Source of the DNA: an uncultured Bacteroidales bacterium
Lineage (GTDB): Bacteria > Bacteroidota > Bacteroidia > Bacteroidales > UBA932
DNA length: 64,000 nt
Assembly: GCA_900318565.1 (NCBI GenBank)
Contig: ONLD01000002.1
Span: 1,861 to 65,860, forward strand
Direction of reading: 5' to 3'
A model generated the notes under the pieces. It did no database searches and was not told the origin of the DNA. It saw only the letters and a list, made by a program, of their open reading frames with translations. How positions within the stretch are numbered: the first letter of the stretch is position 1; each line of letters begins with the position of its first letter. Both the position numbers and the translations under genes were made by a program. This document shows, piece after piece, positions 32,590 through 42,051 of this stretch.

Positions 32590-32882
32590 GAAATACAGTC
32601 GCCACGCTACTGCTCCTGCTGCTTGCCGCAGAAAGGAATGCTCTGCGAGTCATTCGAGCCAATCCGGAGCGTGAGGCCACCACCGAGCGCGTCGCTATGC
32701 CGCCTATGATGGCCCGGGGGTTCCGAATGGATTTGAGGGTGGGCGGCAAATGGCAGACCGTCTATGAAGATACGGAGAATTTCCTCCGGCTTCGGAAGGT
32801 CTCCTTCGCTCCCGTCAAGGCAGATGATGTCTTCTTTAGTTTTCCAAGCCTCCTAATGAAAACAGTATGCGATCTTTGTTAA
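32586..32882 (+). CDS. Hypothetical 98-aa ORF bridging uxuA and the GH2 gene; possibly a gene remnant
   Basis: ATGA overlap with the uxuA stop and a 16-nt overlap with the GH2 start. There is no clear signal peptide or family motif. The C-terminal part ([32 protein letters not shown]) vaguely resembles the tail of a glycosidase accessory beta-sandwich. Confidence 0.3.
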   Translation: MRNTVATLLLLLLAAERNALRVIRANPEREATTERVAMPPMMARGFRMDLRVGGKWQTVYEDTENFLRLRKVSFAPVKADDVFFSFPSLLMKTVCDLC

Positions 32883-34954
32883 GAACTTATTTTAGAGCCG
32901 CATTGCTCATAGCGTGTATCCTGGGTCCTGTACTTCTGCAAGCACAGGATGCCGGTGTCCGCAGGCAAGTGCCACACACTGCCGCCCAAAAAGCCCTCGT
33001 GGGATGGGAATTCTCCACAGACGGAGAGTCCTGGTCGCAGGTCAGCGTGCCCCACTCGTGGAACGCCATCGACGGCCACAGCGATTCCTACTACCGCGGG
33101 AAGGGCCGCTACCGCACTTCAATTGACATACGCGAGGCCGGCAAGCCCGCCTACCTCATCTTCGAAGGCGCCGCGCAGGCCGCCTCCGTGCTGGTCAACG
33201 GCAGCCTCGCAGGCAGCCACAAAGGTGGCTACACGGCCTTCCCGGTGGACATCAGCGCGCTTACCGCCAAGGGACGCAACCGCATAGAAGTAATTTGCGA
33301 CAACACCGAAGACCTCGAACTGATTCCCGTCAGCTCCGACTTCAACAAGAACGGCGGCCTGCACAATCCCGTGTGGCTCTTCCAGCCGCGCGGAGCCCAT
33401 TTCAGCCCGCAGGAATACGGGCTCTACCGCCTCCACGTGGAGCAGACGCAGGTGTGCGACAGCCTTGCCTGCGCCCGCGTCAGGGCATTCGTAGTCGGTT
33501 CGGGGAAAGTTACGCTGCGGGTGCGGGACGCGTCCGGGAAGACCGTGTTCAAGGAGACCAGGCCCGCCTGCGGAGAGTACGAAAGCAGCTTCAGCATCGG
33601 GCGTCCGCACCTGTGGAACGGGCTTGCCGACCCCTATCTCTACACGGTCGAGCTCAGCATCGGCTCAGACAAGGCGGCGGCGGAAATGGGATTCCGCTAC
33701 TTCAGCCTCAGCCGGGACGGCGGCTTCTTCCTCAACGGACGGAGCTACCCGCTGCGGGGCGTCTGTATGCATCAGGACCTCGACGGCAAAGCATCCGCGC
33801 TCACCTATGAGGACTACGAGGCCGACTACCGGACGATCCGCGAACTGGGATGCAATTTCCTGCGCCTCGCGCACTATCCCCACAACGACTACGCCTTCCG
33901 CCTCTGCGACAGGCTGGGCATCATAGTACAGACTGAGATTCCCTGGGTCAACATCTGCGGCAGGAGGGCTACGGAGGCATATTTCGACAACATCCACTCG
34001 CAGATGCGGGAGATGATAGGCAATCTCTACAACCACCCGAGCATAGTGTTCTGGGGAATGTGGAACGAGTTGGACAAATGGGGCAACAAAGAGAAGTTCC
34101 AGGGGCAGCTGGATGAAGCCAGGGTGGTCTCCGAGACGGCCCGTCTCTACGCTTACGCCAAGTCGCTCGACCCCGGCAGGCTTGTCGGGCTGACCGACGA
34201 CTCGCTATTCAAGCGTGAGGGCTACACTTCGCTGACCGGCGATTTCTATTCAGAGAACCGCTACTATGGCTGGTACTACGACTACGGCGACTTCTCCGGC
34301 CTCACATCAGGTATGACCAAGGTGCGGGAAATGATGGGCCAGGCCAACCTGTCGGAATACGGCGTCGGCATCAACCCGTTCTGCCACACCTGGAAGGAGG
34401 AAGACATACGCCGCTACCGTGACGACTCGCGCCACGTGGAGGAATACGGCAACCGCTTCCACGAGTCCTACGCTCGCCAGATAGCCGCTATGCCCTGGCT
34501 GGGCTTCACTTCGATCTGGGTTATGTTCGACTTCCCCGTGGCGAGCCGCCGGGAGGGTTATCTCGACAGCAGCGACGGGGTGGAATACATCGATAATCCT
34601 TCCCGTCTCTACCTCAACGACAAGGGCCTCGTCACCCGCGACCGCAAGACCCGCAAGGACGTTTTCTACCTCTACAAGTCCTGGTGGAACCATTCCGAGG
34701 AGACCGTTTATATCACCGGCAGAAGGCTGCTCAGGCGCCCTTCCGGCCCGGAATTCACCCTCACTGTCTATTCCAATGCCCCTTCGCTGAGGCTTCTGCA
34801 GGACGGCGTGGAGATTGCCCGTATGGAGTCGAGCGGAGAAGAGACCGGCGTGGTCTGGAAGTTCCCGGGGCTCAGCATAGGCCCGGGCGGGTCCGTCTTC
34901 ACGGCGGTCTCTCCTTCCGGCCTTAGCGACAGCGTCCGCTTCGAAGCGCTATGA
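32867..34954 (+). CDS. Glycoside hydrolase family 2 (beta-galactosidase/beta-glucuronidase-type), secreted
   Basis: 695 aa with a signal peptide. GH2 hallmarks: WEFS...VSVPHSWN, LIFEGAAQAASVLVNG, CMHQD, NFLRLAHYPHNDYAFRLCDRLGIIVQTEIPW, NHPSIVFWGMWNE. Confidence 0.9.
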   Translation: MRSLLRTYFRAALLIACILGPVLLQAQDAGVRRQVPHTAAQKALVGWEFSTDGESWSQVSVPHSWNAIDGHSDSYYRGKGRYRTSIDIREAGKPAYLIFEGAAQAASVLVNGSLAGSHKGGYTAFPVDISALTAKGRNRIEVICDNTEDLELIPVSSDFNKNGGLHNPVWLFQPRGAHFSPQEYGLYRLHVEQTQVCDSLACARVRAFVVGSGKVTLRVRDASGKTVFKETRPACGEYESSFSIGRPHLWNGLADPYLYTVELSIGSDKAAAEMGFRYFSLSRDGGFFLNGRSYPLRGVCMHQDLDGKASALTYEDYEADYRTIRELGCNFLRLAHYPHNDYAFRLCDRLGIIVQTEIPWVNICGRRATEAYFDNIHSQMREMIGNLYNHPSIVFWGMWNELDKWGNKEKFQGQLDEARVVSETARLYAYAKSLDPGRLVGLTDDSLFKREGYTSLTGDFYSENRYYGWYYDYGDFSGLTSGMTKVREMMGQANLSEYGVGINPFCHTWKEEDIRRYRDDSRHVEEYGNRFHESYARQIAAMPWLGFTSIWVMFDFPVASRREGYLDSSDGVEYIDNPSRLYLNDKGLVTRDRKTRKDVFYLYKSWWNHSEETVYITGRRLLRRPSGPEFTLTVYSNAPSLRLLQDGVEIARMESSGEETGVVWKFPGLSIGPGGSVFTAVSPSGLSDSVRFEAL

Positions 34955-34972
34955 TATTTTCCCTTTTTTACA

Positions 34973-34980
34973 TATATTTG
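34973..34980 (+). promoter_or_regulatory. -7 box TATATTTG upstream of the SPFH gene
   Basis: Matches the Bacteroides TAnnTTTG consensus. It lies 22 nt upstream of the ATG at 35003. Confidence 0.45.
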
Positions 34981-35002
34981 GGGGATAAATAGTGTTTGCC
35001 TT

Positions 35003-35845
35003 ATGAAAAAGAACAAGACCGTTTCTATCATCGGCCTCATCGTTGCGGCCTTTATCGTGCTGATTTTCAGTTGCACCAAGATGGTTGACAACTCCGAAAT
35101 CGGCATCAAGTTCAAAAAGTTTTCCCTGACCGACCAGGGGCAGCTTATCGCTACCGAGGTCACGGGACTTATATTCTACAACCCCATAACGACTCGCGTG
35201 TTCACCTACCCGGTATATATCCAGAGGGTTGACTACCAGCCTTTTACCGTGACCACCAAAGACGCGGCCGAGTTCACTATGGATCCTATGCTCGCCTACC
35301 AGCTGGAACGGGACAAGGCCTCCTACGTGTTCAACAAATACCGCCGCGACCTCCGCGAAATCGAGAACGGCTATATGCGCACCTGCATCTATGACGCATA
35401 CCGCATCTCGGCCAACAACTACACCTCCGACGAGTTGATGGCCAACCGCGCCAAGTTCGAGCAGGAAGTGCGCCAGATGCTGATTCATTCGCTTGGCAGC
35501 GAGGGATTCGACGTGCAGGAGTTCACTTCCCGCATCACTCCTCCAAAGTCGCTCAGCGCCGCCATCGAAGCCAAGAACCAGGCCATCCAGGAAGCCCTGA
35601 AGGCCGAGAACCTCGTCAAGCAGGCTGAGGCCAACGCCCAAATCGCCATTGCAAAGGCAAAGGGCGAGGCCGAGGCCACGAAGGTCAAGGCCGATGCCGA
35701 AGCCTACTACAACCGCACCATCTCGGCCTCCCTGAGCCCGCTTATCGTCCAGGAAGACTGGATCGAGAAGTGGGACGGCAAACTCCCCGAGGTGATGAGC
35801 CAGGGCAACGGCCTGATGATGAATCTGCCTGCACTCAACAAGTAA
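35003..35845 (+). CDS. SPFH/Band-7 (prohibitin-like) domain membrane protein
   Basis: 280 aa with an N-terminal TM segment (VSIIGLIVAAFIVLIF), an SPFH-type core, and a C-terminal Ala/Glu/Lys-rich coiled coil (AEANAQIAIAKAKGEAEATKVKADAEAYYN). Confidence 0.85.
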   Translation: MKKNKTVSIIGLIVAAFIVLIFSCTKMVDNSEIGIKFKKFSLTDQGQLIATEVTGLIFYNPITTRVFTYPVYIQRVDYQPFTVTTKDAAEFTMDPMLAYQLERDKASYVFNKYRRDLREIENGYMRTCIYDAYRISANNYTSDELMANRAKFEQEVRQMLIHSLGSEGFDVQEFTSRITPPKSLSAAIEAKNQAIQEALKAENLVKQAEANAQIAIAKAKGEAEATKVKADAEAYYNRTISASLSPLIVQEDWIEKWDGKLPEVMSQGNGLMMNLPALNK

Positions 35846-35975
35846 TCCTACATTAGACCGTAGCCGCCGGCAGCAGCTAAATATCGGCCACGGCCGCACG
35901 GGAGGAAAAGAGCATCTGCCGACATATAAGGCCGAAAGCGGCATTGGAGATATTGTCAAGATACTGAATTTATCG

Positions 35976-35983
35976 TATCTTTG
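35976..35983 (+). promoter_or_regulatory. -7 box TATCTTTG upstream of the metallophosphoesterase gene
   Basis: Matches TAnnTTTG. It ends 4 nt before the ATG at 35988, which implies a very short or absent leader. Confidence 0.4.
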
Positions 35984-35987
35984 AACT

Positions 35988-37103
35988 ATGAGACATTTTG
36001 CATACACATTACTTGCTGCGCTGCTGCTTTGCTTGCAGGCCGGCGCACAGGACCGCCCCGACAGGCAGGAACTCAGCGTGCCGGGCGGCTCAACGATGAT
36101 TCTTCTGGGCGATCCCCAGGGCTACGAAAAGTATGACATCAACCAGGGCATTTTCGAGATATGCACGGCCTGGATACGCGACAATGTGGAACACCTGGGC
36201 ATCAAGGCAGTGCTCTGCACCGGCGACCTTGTGGAGCAGAACGACAACAACGCCCTTGACCGCCGTATGCTCAACCAGACCTCGCGCCAGATGTGGGAAT
36301 CCGTATCCCGCGCATTCGAGCGGCTGGACGGTGTGGTGCCCTACATCACGTCTCCCGGCAACCACGACTACGGTTTCAAGGCTTCGGAAGACATCCACAC
36401 ATACTTCCCTGACTACTTCCCTGCCGAGCGTCAGGGCCGTGCGCTGCTGGACGTGCTCGTCAGCGAGCATCCCAACCGCGAAGGCCGGGCATCCATCGAA
36501 AACAGCGCCACGCGCTACTCCCTGCCGGGATGGAAGCACAAGATACTGGTCATCAGCTCCGAATTCAGCCCGTCAGACGCCGTGCTTGGCTGGGCCAAGA
36601 AGCTATGCGAGAAGTATTCCGACGACTACGTAATCTTCCTCACCCATTCCTATATGAAGTGCGCCGGCCGCTGCGGCAACGAACGTTACACGAGGCCCGA
36701 GAAGTACCCTCTCTGCCAAGACCCTTCCAACAACTACGGACAGCAGATATGGGACAAGCTGGTGGATGAAGTGCCCAACCTGAGGCTCGTGCTATGCGGG
36801 CACCACGGCCACAGCGACTTCCGCAAGACGCACGTGGACGACTACGCTGCCAATATGGGCTGGCGCGTCGATAAGAACAAGGCTGGCAAGGACGTGGGGC
36901 AGATGATGTTCAACGTGCAGACGCTCGGAGGCGGCTGGGAAGGCAACGGCGGCGACGGATGGCTGCGCATCCTGGAGTTCCTGCCCGACGGCAAGACCCT
37001 GAAGGTCCACACCTACTCCCCCCTCTTCGGCATCTCCCCCCTCACCAAGCAGTTCTCGCACCTTACCGACCCTCTCAACGAATTCGAGTTCGTGTTTGAA
37101 TAA
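35988..37103 (+). CDS. Calcineurin-like metallophosphoesterase, secreted
   Basis: 371 aa with a signal peptide. Metallophosphoesterase motifs appear in order: LLGDPQG, CTGDLVEQND, PGNHDY, FLTHSY, LCGHHGH. Confidence 0.8.
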   Translation: MRHFAYTLLAALLLCLQAGAQDRPDRQELSVPGGSTMILLGDPQGYEKYDINQGIFEICTAWIRDNVEHLGIKAVLCTGDLVEQNDNNALDRRMLNQTSRQMWESVSRAFERLDGVVPYITSPGNHDYGFKASEDIHTYFPDYFPAERQGRALLDVLVSEHPNREGRASIENSATRYSLPGWKHKILVISSEFSPSDAVLGWAKKLCEKYSDDYVIFLTHSYMKCAGRCGNERYTRPEKYPLCQDPSNNYGQQIWDKLVDEVPNLRLVLCGHHGHSDFRKTHVDDYAANMGWRVDKNKAGKDVGQMMFNVQTLGGGWEGNGGDGWLRILEFLPDGKTLKVHTYSPLFGISPLTKQFSHLTDPLNEFEFVFE

Positions 37104-37544
37104 TTACCCGCGGGCGGAGGGGTCGATGGATTCAGCCTCGGCGAGGGTTTCGGTGCAGAGGTTGTCGCAGTGCTCCTGCCAGGGGGCGCCGCCGTGGCTG
37201 CGGACCCACTGGAATTCAATCATCAGTTTCTTGCGCTTGACCAATTGCTTGAAGCTCAGCAGAAGGTCCGCGTCCGGCTGGTGCTTGCGCCGGGGCGGAC
37301 GGCCGAGCGAGAGAGTGGCGGCAAGGCAGTCGGTGCACACACGCGCCCGGCAACGGTCGGGCAGGGCGTCGATTGCGGCCAGGATGGCCTTGAGCTCGGC
37401 TCTCTGGCTGGTCTCATTGCGCAGCACGAAAGAATTCTGTCTCAACACGGTTGCTTCGTCGGATTTTAGAATGACATAAGCCGCCGACCCGACATTGCTG
37501 CTGCTGGAATAACCGCCGTCAGTGTATATTATGTAGTCAACCAT
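37104..37544 (-). CDS. rnhA: Ribonuclease H (type 1)
   Basis: 146 aa. DEDD catalytic residues are in the expected contexts: IYTDGG, SQRAELKAILAAI, VCTDC, HCDNLC. Confidence 0.8.
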   Translation of the reverse strand: MVDYIIYTDGGYSSSSNVGSAAYVILKSDEATVLRQNSFVLRNETSQRAELKAILAAIDALPDRCRARVCTDCLAATLSLGRPPRRKHQPDADLLLSFKQLVKRKKLMIEFQWVRSHGGAPWQEHCDNLCTETLAEAESIDPSARG

Positions 37545-37607
37545 TTGGCCCTTAAATATACAAAATTTTTCTTAACTTAGCAGGTTGGAAACTAATAATA
37601 TAACCAT

Positions 37608-39026
37608 ATGAAACGAATCGGCTTTATCTTCGCCGCGGCAGCCTCCCTGCTGGTCAGCGCCTGCGACAATCCCAATCAAGTGACTCTCCCCGTGACCCGC
37701 AGCTTCGACTGTGACGTACTCGTAATCGGCGGCGGTCCTGCAGGCATCGGTGCAGCGGTCTGTGCAGCCCGCCACGGCGCCAGCACCATCCTCGCGGAGC
37801 GCAGCGGCTATCTTGGCGGAATGGCCACGAACGGCCTCGTGGCCCCGTTTATGTCTTCCACCACCCCCGACGGCAACACGCTTCTCATCCGGGGCTTCTA
37901 CGAAGAGCTCGTGGACAGGATGGTGGAGCAGGGCGGCGCAATCCACCCCCTCAAGGCTGAAATCGGATCCTTCTCCGCCTACCGCGACAAAGGCCACCAC
38001 GGCCTCACCACCTTCGACTTCGAATGCCTCAAGCGCACCACCGAGCAGATGTGCAAGGAAGCCGGAGTGAAACTCCTCTACCACACCCTTTTCATCAAAG
38101 CCGACACCAAGGGAGGCAAAATCACAGCCGCCTACTTCGCCACCAAGGACGGCATCTGGAAAATCACCGCCAAGAACTATATCGACTGCACCGGCGACGG
38201 TGACGTGGCCGCCCAGGCCGGAGCGCCCTTCATCTACGGCGACGGCGAGGGCGGCGTGCAGGCCACTTCCCTGTTCATAGTGCTCCGTAATATCGACTGG
38301 AAGGCGATGGACGCCCACAACGAGGCCTGCAAGAAGGCCGGCGACTTCGAGGGGCAGTTCTATATGCGCGAAATACTTGCCGCACGCGAGGCCGGCGAGT
38401 TCCCTATGTGGCGCCAGAAGATTGCTCTCTTCCAGAACCTCGACGGCACGGCCACCGTCAATATGACCCAGACCGACGACGTCAACGGCCTTGACCCCGA
38501 GCAGGTCACGGATGCTGAAATCACAGGCCGCGAGCAGGCCGACTACGTGGTCAAGTTCCTGCGCAAGTATGTCAAGGGCTGCGAGAAATGCGAACTTGCC
38601 CAGTCTGCCGAAAACCTAGGCGTACGCGAGACCCGCCGCATCGTGGGCGAGTACACCGTCACGACCGAAGACGCAAAGAACTCCGTCAAGTACCCAGACC
38701 CGGTGTTCTGCTGCGCCAACCATATGGACATCCACCGCAAGGGATACGTCGAGTACGTGGCCCGCAACACCGACGACCCGTACTACTTCCCCTATCGTGC
38801 ACTCCTTCCCCAGAATGTTGACAACCTGCTGTGCGCAGGCCGCTGTGCCGCAGCCGAGCGCCCCGTGATGGCCGCCATCCGCGTAATCCCTCCGTGCTTC
38901 GCAATGGGACAGGCGGCCGGCACCGCAGCGGCCCTCGCCGCCAAGAACGGCCAGAGCCCCAAGCAGTTGGATCCCGCAGTGCTCGTCTCGACGCTCAAGT
39001 CGGACGGAGTCTATCTGCCTGAATAG
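37608..39026 (+). CDS. FAD-dependent oxidoreductase (lipoprotein)
   Basis: 472 aa with lipobox LLVSACD. Dinucleotide-binding motif: CDVLVIGGGPAGIGAAVCAARHGASTILAERSGYLGGMATNG. Confidence 0.85.
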   Translation: MKRIGFIFAAAASLLVSACDNPNQVTLPVTRSFDCDVLVIGGGPAGIGAAVCAARHGASTILAERSGYLGGMATNGLVAPFMSSTTPDGNTLLIRGFYEELVDRMVEQGGAIHPLKAEIGSFSAYRDKGHHGLTTFDFECLKRTTEQMCKEAGVKLLYHTLFIKADTKGGKITAAYFATKDGIWKITAKNYIDCTGDGDVAAQAGAPFIYGDGEGGVQATSLFIVLRNIDWKAMDAHNEACKKAGDFEGQFYMREILAAREAGEFPMWRQKIALFQNLDGTATVNMTQTDDVNGLDPEQVTDAEITGREQADYVVKFLRKYVKGCEKCELAQSAENLGVRETRRIVGEYTVTTEDAKNSVKYPDPVFCCANHMDIHRKGYVEYVARNTDDPYYFPYRALLPQNVDNLLCAGRCAAAERPVMAAIRVIPPCFAMGQAAGTAAALAAKNGQSPKQLDPAVLVSTLKSDGVYLPE

Positions 39027-39043
39027 CAGACTATACCATAAGA

Positions 39044-39241
39044 GTGTCCAAGACCCCGGTCTTCGAAAGGCTCAAGCGCCTCGAAAAGGAGGGATTCATC
39101 AAAAAGTACATAGCTGTGCTGGACGCCGAGAAACTGGGGCGCGGTTTCACCGTGTTCTGCTCCGTGAAGCTGAAGCAGATGAGCAGGGACGTGGCCAAGC
39201 ACTTCACCACGGTATACCAGAGCAATCTACCTTTGATATGA
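39044..39241 (+). pseudogene. Lrp/AsnC-family regulator fragment lacking both the N-terminal HTH helices and the C-terminal ligand-domain end
   Basis: SKTPVFERLKRLEKEGFIKKYIAVLDAEKLGRGFTVFCSVKLKQMSRDVAKHFTTV is the HTH recognition helix, linker and first RAM-domain strands of Lrp/AsnC proteins. An in-frame stop lies just upstream (39038-39040). The frame ends in the ATGA start of the next gene. Confidence 0.6.
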
Positions 39242-40668
39242 AAAGATTATTTGCAATCCTCCTTTTGGCAGCAGCCCTGCAGACCGGCCTTTCAGCCAAA
39301 GTGACCCTCCCTTCGTTCTTCTCCGACAATATGGTCCTGCAGCAGAAGCAGGACGTGGCCGTGTGGGGATGGACCGACAAGGGCCGCTCCGTCACCATAC
39401 GCCCCTCCTGGACCAGGGCAAAATACACGGCGGCGCCGGACAGCGACGGCAAATGGATGACCCGCCTCCCCACTCCTGCCGCCGGAGGCCCCTACAGCAT
39501 CAGCTTCAGCGACGGCGAGAAGACCACCATCGGCAACGTGCTCATCGGCGAGGTGTGGTTCTGCTCCGGCCAGTCCAATATGGAGATGCCGGTGCGCGGT
39601 TTCCACGGGCAGCCGGTAGAAGGCTCGGCGGAAGTGATTCTGGGCGCGAAGCCGTCCGTGCCGATACGTATGTGCACGATAGGCAAGCAGTACTCGCCGA
39701 CGCCGCTGGAAAGCTGCACCGGCGCCTGGGAAGAGCACACACCGCAGGCCGTGGGAGACGCGAGCGCAGTGGCGTACTTCTTCGCCCGGGAGCTCTACGA
39801 GGTGCTGGACATCCCCGTGGGACTGCTGATCACCGACTGGGGCGGCACACCGATAGAGGCCTGGATGGACGAGCCCACGCTGCGGGAAGGCTTCGGCAGC
39901 GAATTCGTGTTTGCGCACCTCGAGGGCGGCACGTCGCCGGAGAAGTATCCCAACTGCTCGCCGTGTATGCTGTGGAACGGGCAGGTGGCGCCGCTGGTGC
40001 CGTTCACCTTCAAGGGAATGCTGTGGTACCAGGGCGAGAGCAACCGCGACCGCGCGGAGCAGTACACGCGCCTGCAGACGGCCTACGTGCGTATGATGCG
40101 GGAGCGCTTCCAGAACCCAGGCGCGCCGTTCTACTTCGTGCAGATTGCGCCCTACGACTACTCTATGGATGCGCCCACGCTGTGCGGCTACTTTTTCGAG
40201 GCACAGGAGAAGACGCTCGACCTGATTCCTGGCAGCGGAATGGCCGGCACCCTTGACCTCGGGCAGCAGTACTGCATCCACCCGGCGAAGAAGCGCGAGG
40301 TGGGCCGGCGGCTTGCCTATATGGCCCTTGCAGACCAGTACGGGGTGCGCGGCATCGAAGAGCGCAGCCCGCGCTTCAAGAAAGCGGAGTTCAAGAACGG
40401 CGAGGCCGTCGTGAGCTTCACCGTGGGCGAGCGAGGGATGGCGCCGCTGGGCGAAGAACTGGAAGGATTCGAGCTCGCCGGGGCGGACCGGGTGTTCAAG
40501 CCGGCCACGGCCCGCGTCCGCGGCGGAACAGTGGTCGTACGCTCGCCGCAGGTCCCCGAGCCCGTGGCCGTGCGCTACTGCTTCCGCAACTGGTGCCGCG
40601 GCACCCTGTTCAACAGCTACGGCATCCCTGCCCTCCCCTTCCGTTCCGACGACTGGCCACTGAATTAG
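39238..40668 (+). CDS. Sialate O-acetylesterase (SASA family)
   Basis: 476 aa with a signal peptide. Characteristic blocks: LPSFFSDNMVLQQ...VWGW, GEVWFCSGQSNME and GMLWYQGESN (a GDS-like catalytic Ser context). Confidence 0.85.
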   Translation: MKRLFAILLLAAALQTGLSAKVTLPSFFSDNMVLQQKQDVAVWGWTDKGRSVTIRPSWTRAKYTAAPDSDGKWMTRLPTPAAGGPYSISFSDGEKTTIGNVLIGEVWFCSGQSNMEMPVRGFHGQPVEGSAEVILGAKPSVPIRMCTIGKQYSPTPLESCTGAWEEHTPQAVGDASAVAYFFARELYEVLDIPVGLLITDWGGTPIEAWMDEPTLREGFGSEFVFAHLEGGTSPEKYPNCSPCMLWNGQVAPLVPFTFKGMLWYQGESNRDRAEQYTRLQTAYVRMMRERFQNPGAPFYFVQIAPYDYSMDAPTLCGYFFEAQEKTLDLIPGSGMAGTLDLGQQYCIHPAKKREVGRRLAYMALADQYGVRGIEERSPRFKKAEFKNGEAVVSFTVGERGMAPLGEELEGFELAGADRVFKPATARVRGGTVVVRSPQVPEPVAVRYCFRNWCRGTLFNSYGIPALPFRSDDWPLN

Positions 40669-40671
40669 CGT

Positions 40672-42051
40672 ATGAAAAAGTTTTTACTGTTTGTTTCCCT
40701 GCTGGCAATTGCCGGCGCCTGCGGACCGAGCGTCGAACCCGACCCGCACGAGGTACCGTCCCCGAAGCCAAAGCCGGAACCCGAACCCGAGCCCGAACCC
40801 GAGCCGGAGCCGCAGAAGGAACTCACCCTGTCTTTCACGGCCCCCTATTTGGACCTGTATCCCGGAGAGACTGCCCAGCTGGACTGCAGGCCCGGCGGCA
40901 GCGCGTACGACCCTGCCAAGGAGTACAAGATTCAGTACAAGTCCTCCAATTCCGCCGTGGCATCGGTTGACGGCAGCGGGAAAGTCACTGCGAAAGAGGC
41001 CGGCTGCGCCATAATCACGGCGACCGAAGCGGATTCCGGAGTCACCGCCGAGCGCAAGATCTGGGTGGTGAATCTGTCCCAAATCAAGCGCGCCTACAGT
41101 GCCTCGCTGCAGTTCACCTGCGGCCACACCCTCTATTACAAATCCGTAGTGCAGTCCTGGGACTTTTTCGACGACTACCTGTACGCCTGCCAGGTGTGCG
41201 GCAGCCCGCATACCCTGACATACACCCGCAAGCCCGTCCACGACCAGGATCCGCAGGCCTATATGCACCTCAAGTACTTCGGCCACGGCGACAATATGTT
41301 CGTGGAGCGCTGCCCCGACGGCGACTGGCTGTGGACTTCCAACTACGGCACGCTCGAAGCCGGGCAGACCAACCGCTACACGGATTCGCAGGTGCTCTCG
41401 CGGGTACGTTTCAGCGCGGGCGTGACCTTGATTCCATCCCAGGCCACGGACAACTACGTTATGCCGGGAATGAAGCGCCTTATCGCAGCCTATGACCCCG
41501 ACAACGGCACCGTAGGCATCTGGTGCCGGGAGTCCAACGGCACGGCGCGGTTCTACGTGTATGACATCGAGACGCTCAAGGCGGCTCCCAAGGAAGTCAT
41601 AACGCTCTCCTACACAATTTCTTATGGCAGTCCTGTCGTCAATGAAAGGCCGACCGTGCGCGCCTGCAACCTCGCAAAGCTGGCTCCGCTCTACAGTTTC
41701 AAAATGCCGTTCAACAACGTGCCGCAGGGCTATGACTGGCACCACGGCAAAATCTGGTTCCTGCGGGGCGCTGCGGCCGAGGCGGAAGACGTGGCGGCCG
41801 GTACAGGCAAGAACTGGGCGACGGCCTACCTCATAGACTGCACGGGCAAGAAACTCACCACCGCCTCGGTGCCGTGGGTGGAGGACCTCGGACTGCTTGC
41901 CGCCCAGGGACTTACGGACCTCGGCTACTTCGAGACCGAAGGCATCAAGATCAAAGACGGCGTGCTGTATCTCGGCTTTGCCAGCAGGGATGCGGGTAGT
42001 TCCCCGGCGCGGCGTGTAAACATTTTCCAGTATTCCCTCGATGAAAAGTAA
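40672..42051 (+). CDS. Lipoprotein with (PE)n linker, Big_2 domain and an unassigned beta-rich C-terminal domain
   Basis: 459 aa with lipobox LAIAGACG and linker PKPKPEPEPEPEPEPEPQ. The Big_2-like block is YKSSNSAVASVDGSGKVTAKEAGCAIITA. The C-terminal roughly 330 aa are unassigned. Confidence 0.8.
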   Translation: MKKFLLFVSLLAIAGACGPSVEPDPHEVPSPKPKPEPEPEPEPEPEPQKELTLSFTAPYLDLYPGETAQLDCRPGGSAYDPAKEYKIQYKSSNSAVASVDGSGKVTAKEAGCAIITATEADSGVTAERKIWVVNLSQIKRAYSASLQFTCGHTLYYKSVVQSWDFFDDYLYACQVCGSPHTLTYTRKPVHDQDPQAYMHLKYFGHGDNMFVERCPDGDWLWTSNYGTLEAGQTNRYTDSQVLSRVRFSAGVTLIPSQATDNYVMPGMKRLIAAYDPDNGTVGIWCRESNGTARFYVYDIETLKAAPKEVITLSYTISYGSPVVNERPTVRACNLAKLAPLYSFKMPFNNVPQGYDWHHGKIWFLRGAAAEAEDVAAGTGKNWATAYLIDCTGKKLTTASVPWVEDLGLLAAQGLTDLGYFETEGIKIKDGVLYLGFASRDAGSSPARRVNIFQYSLDEK

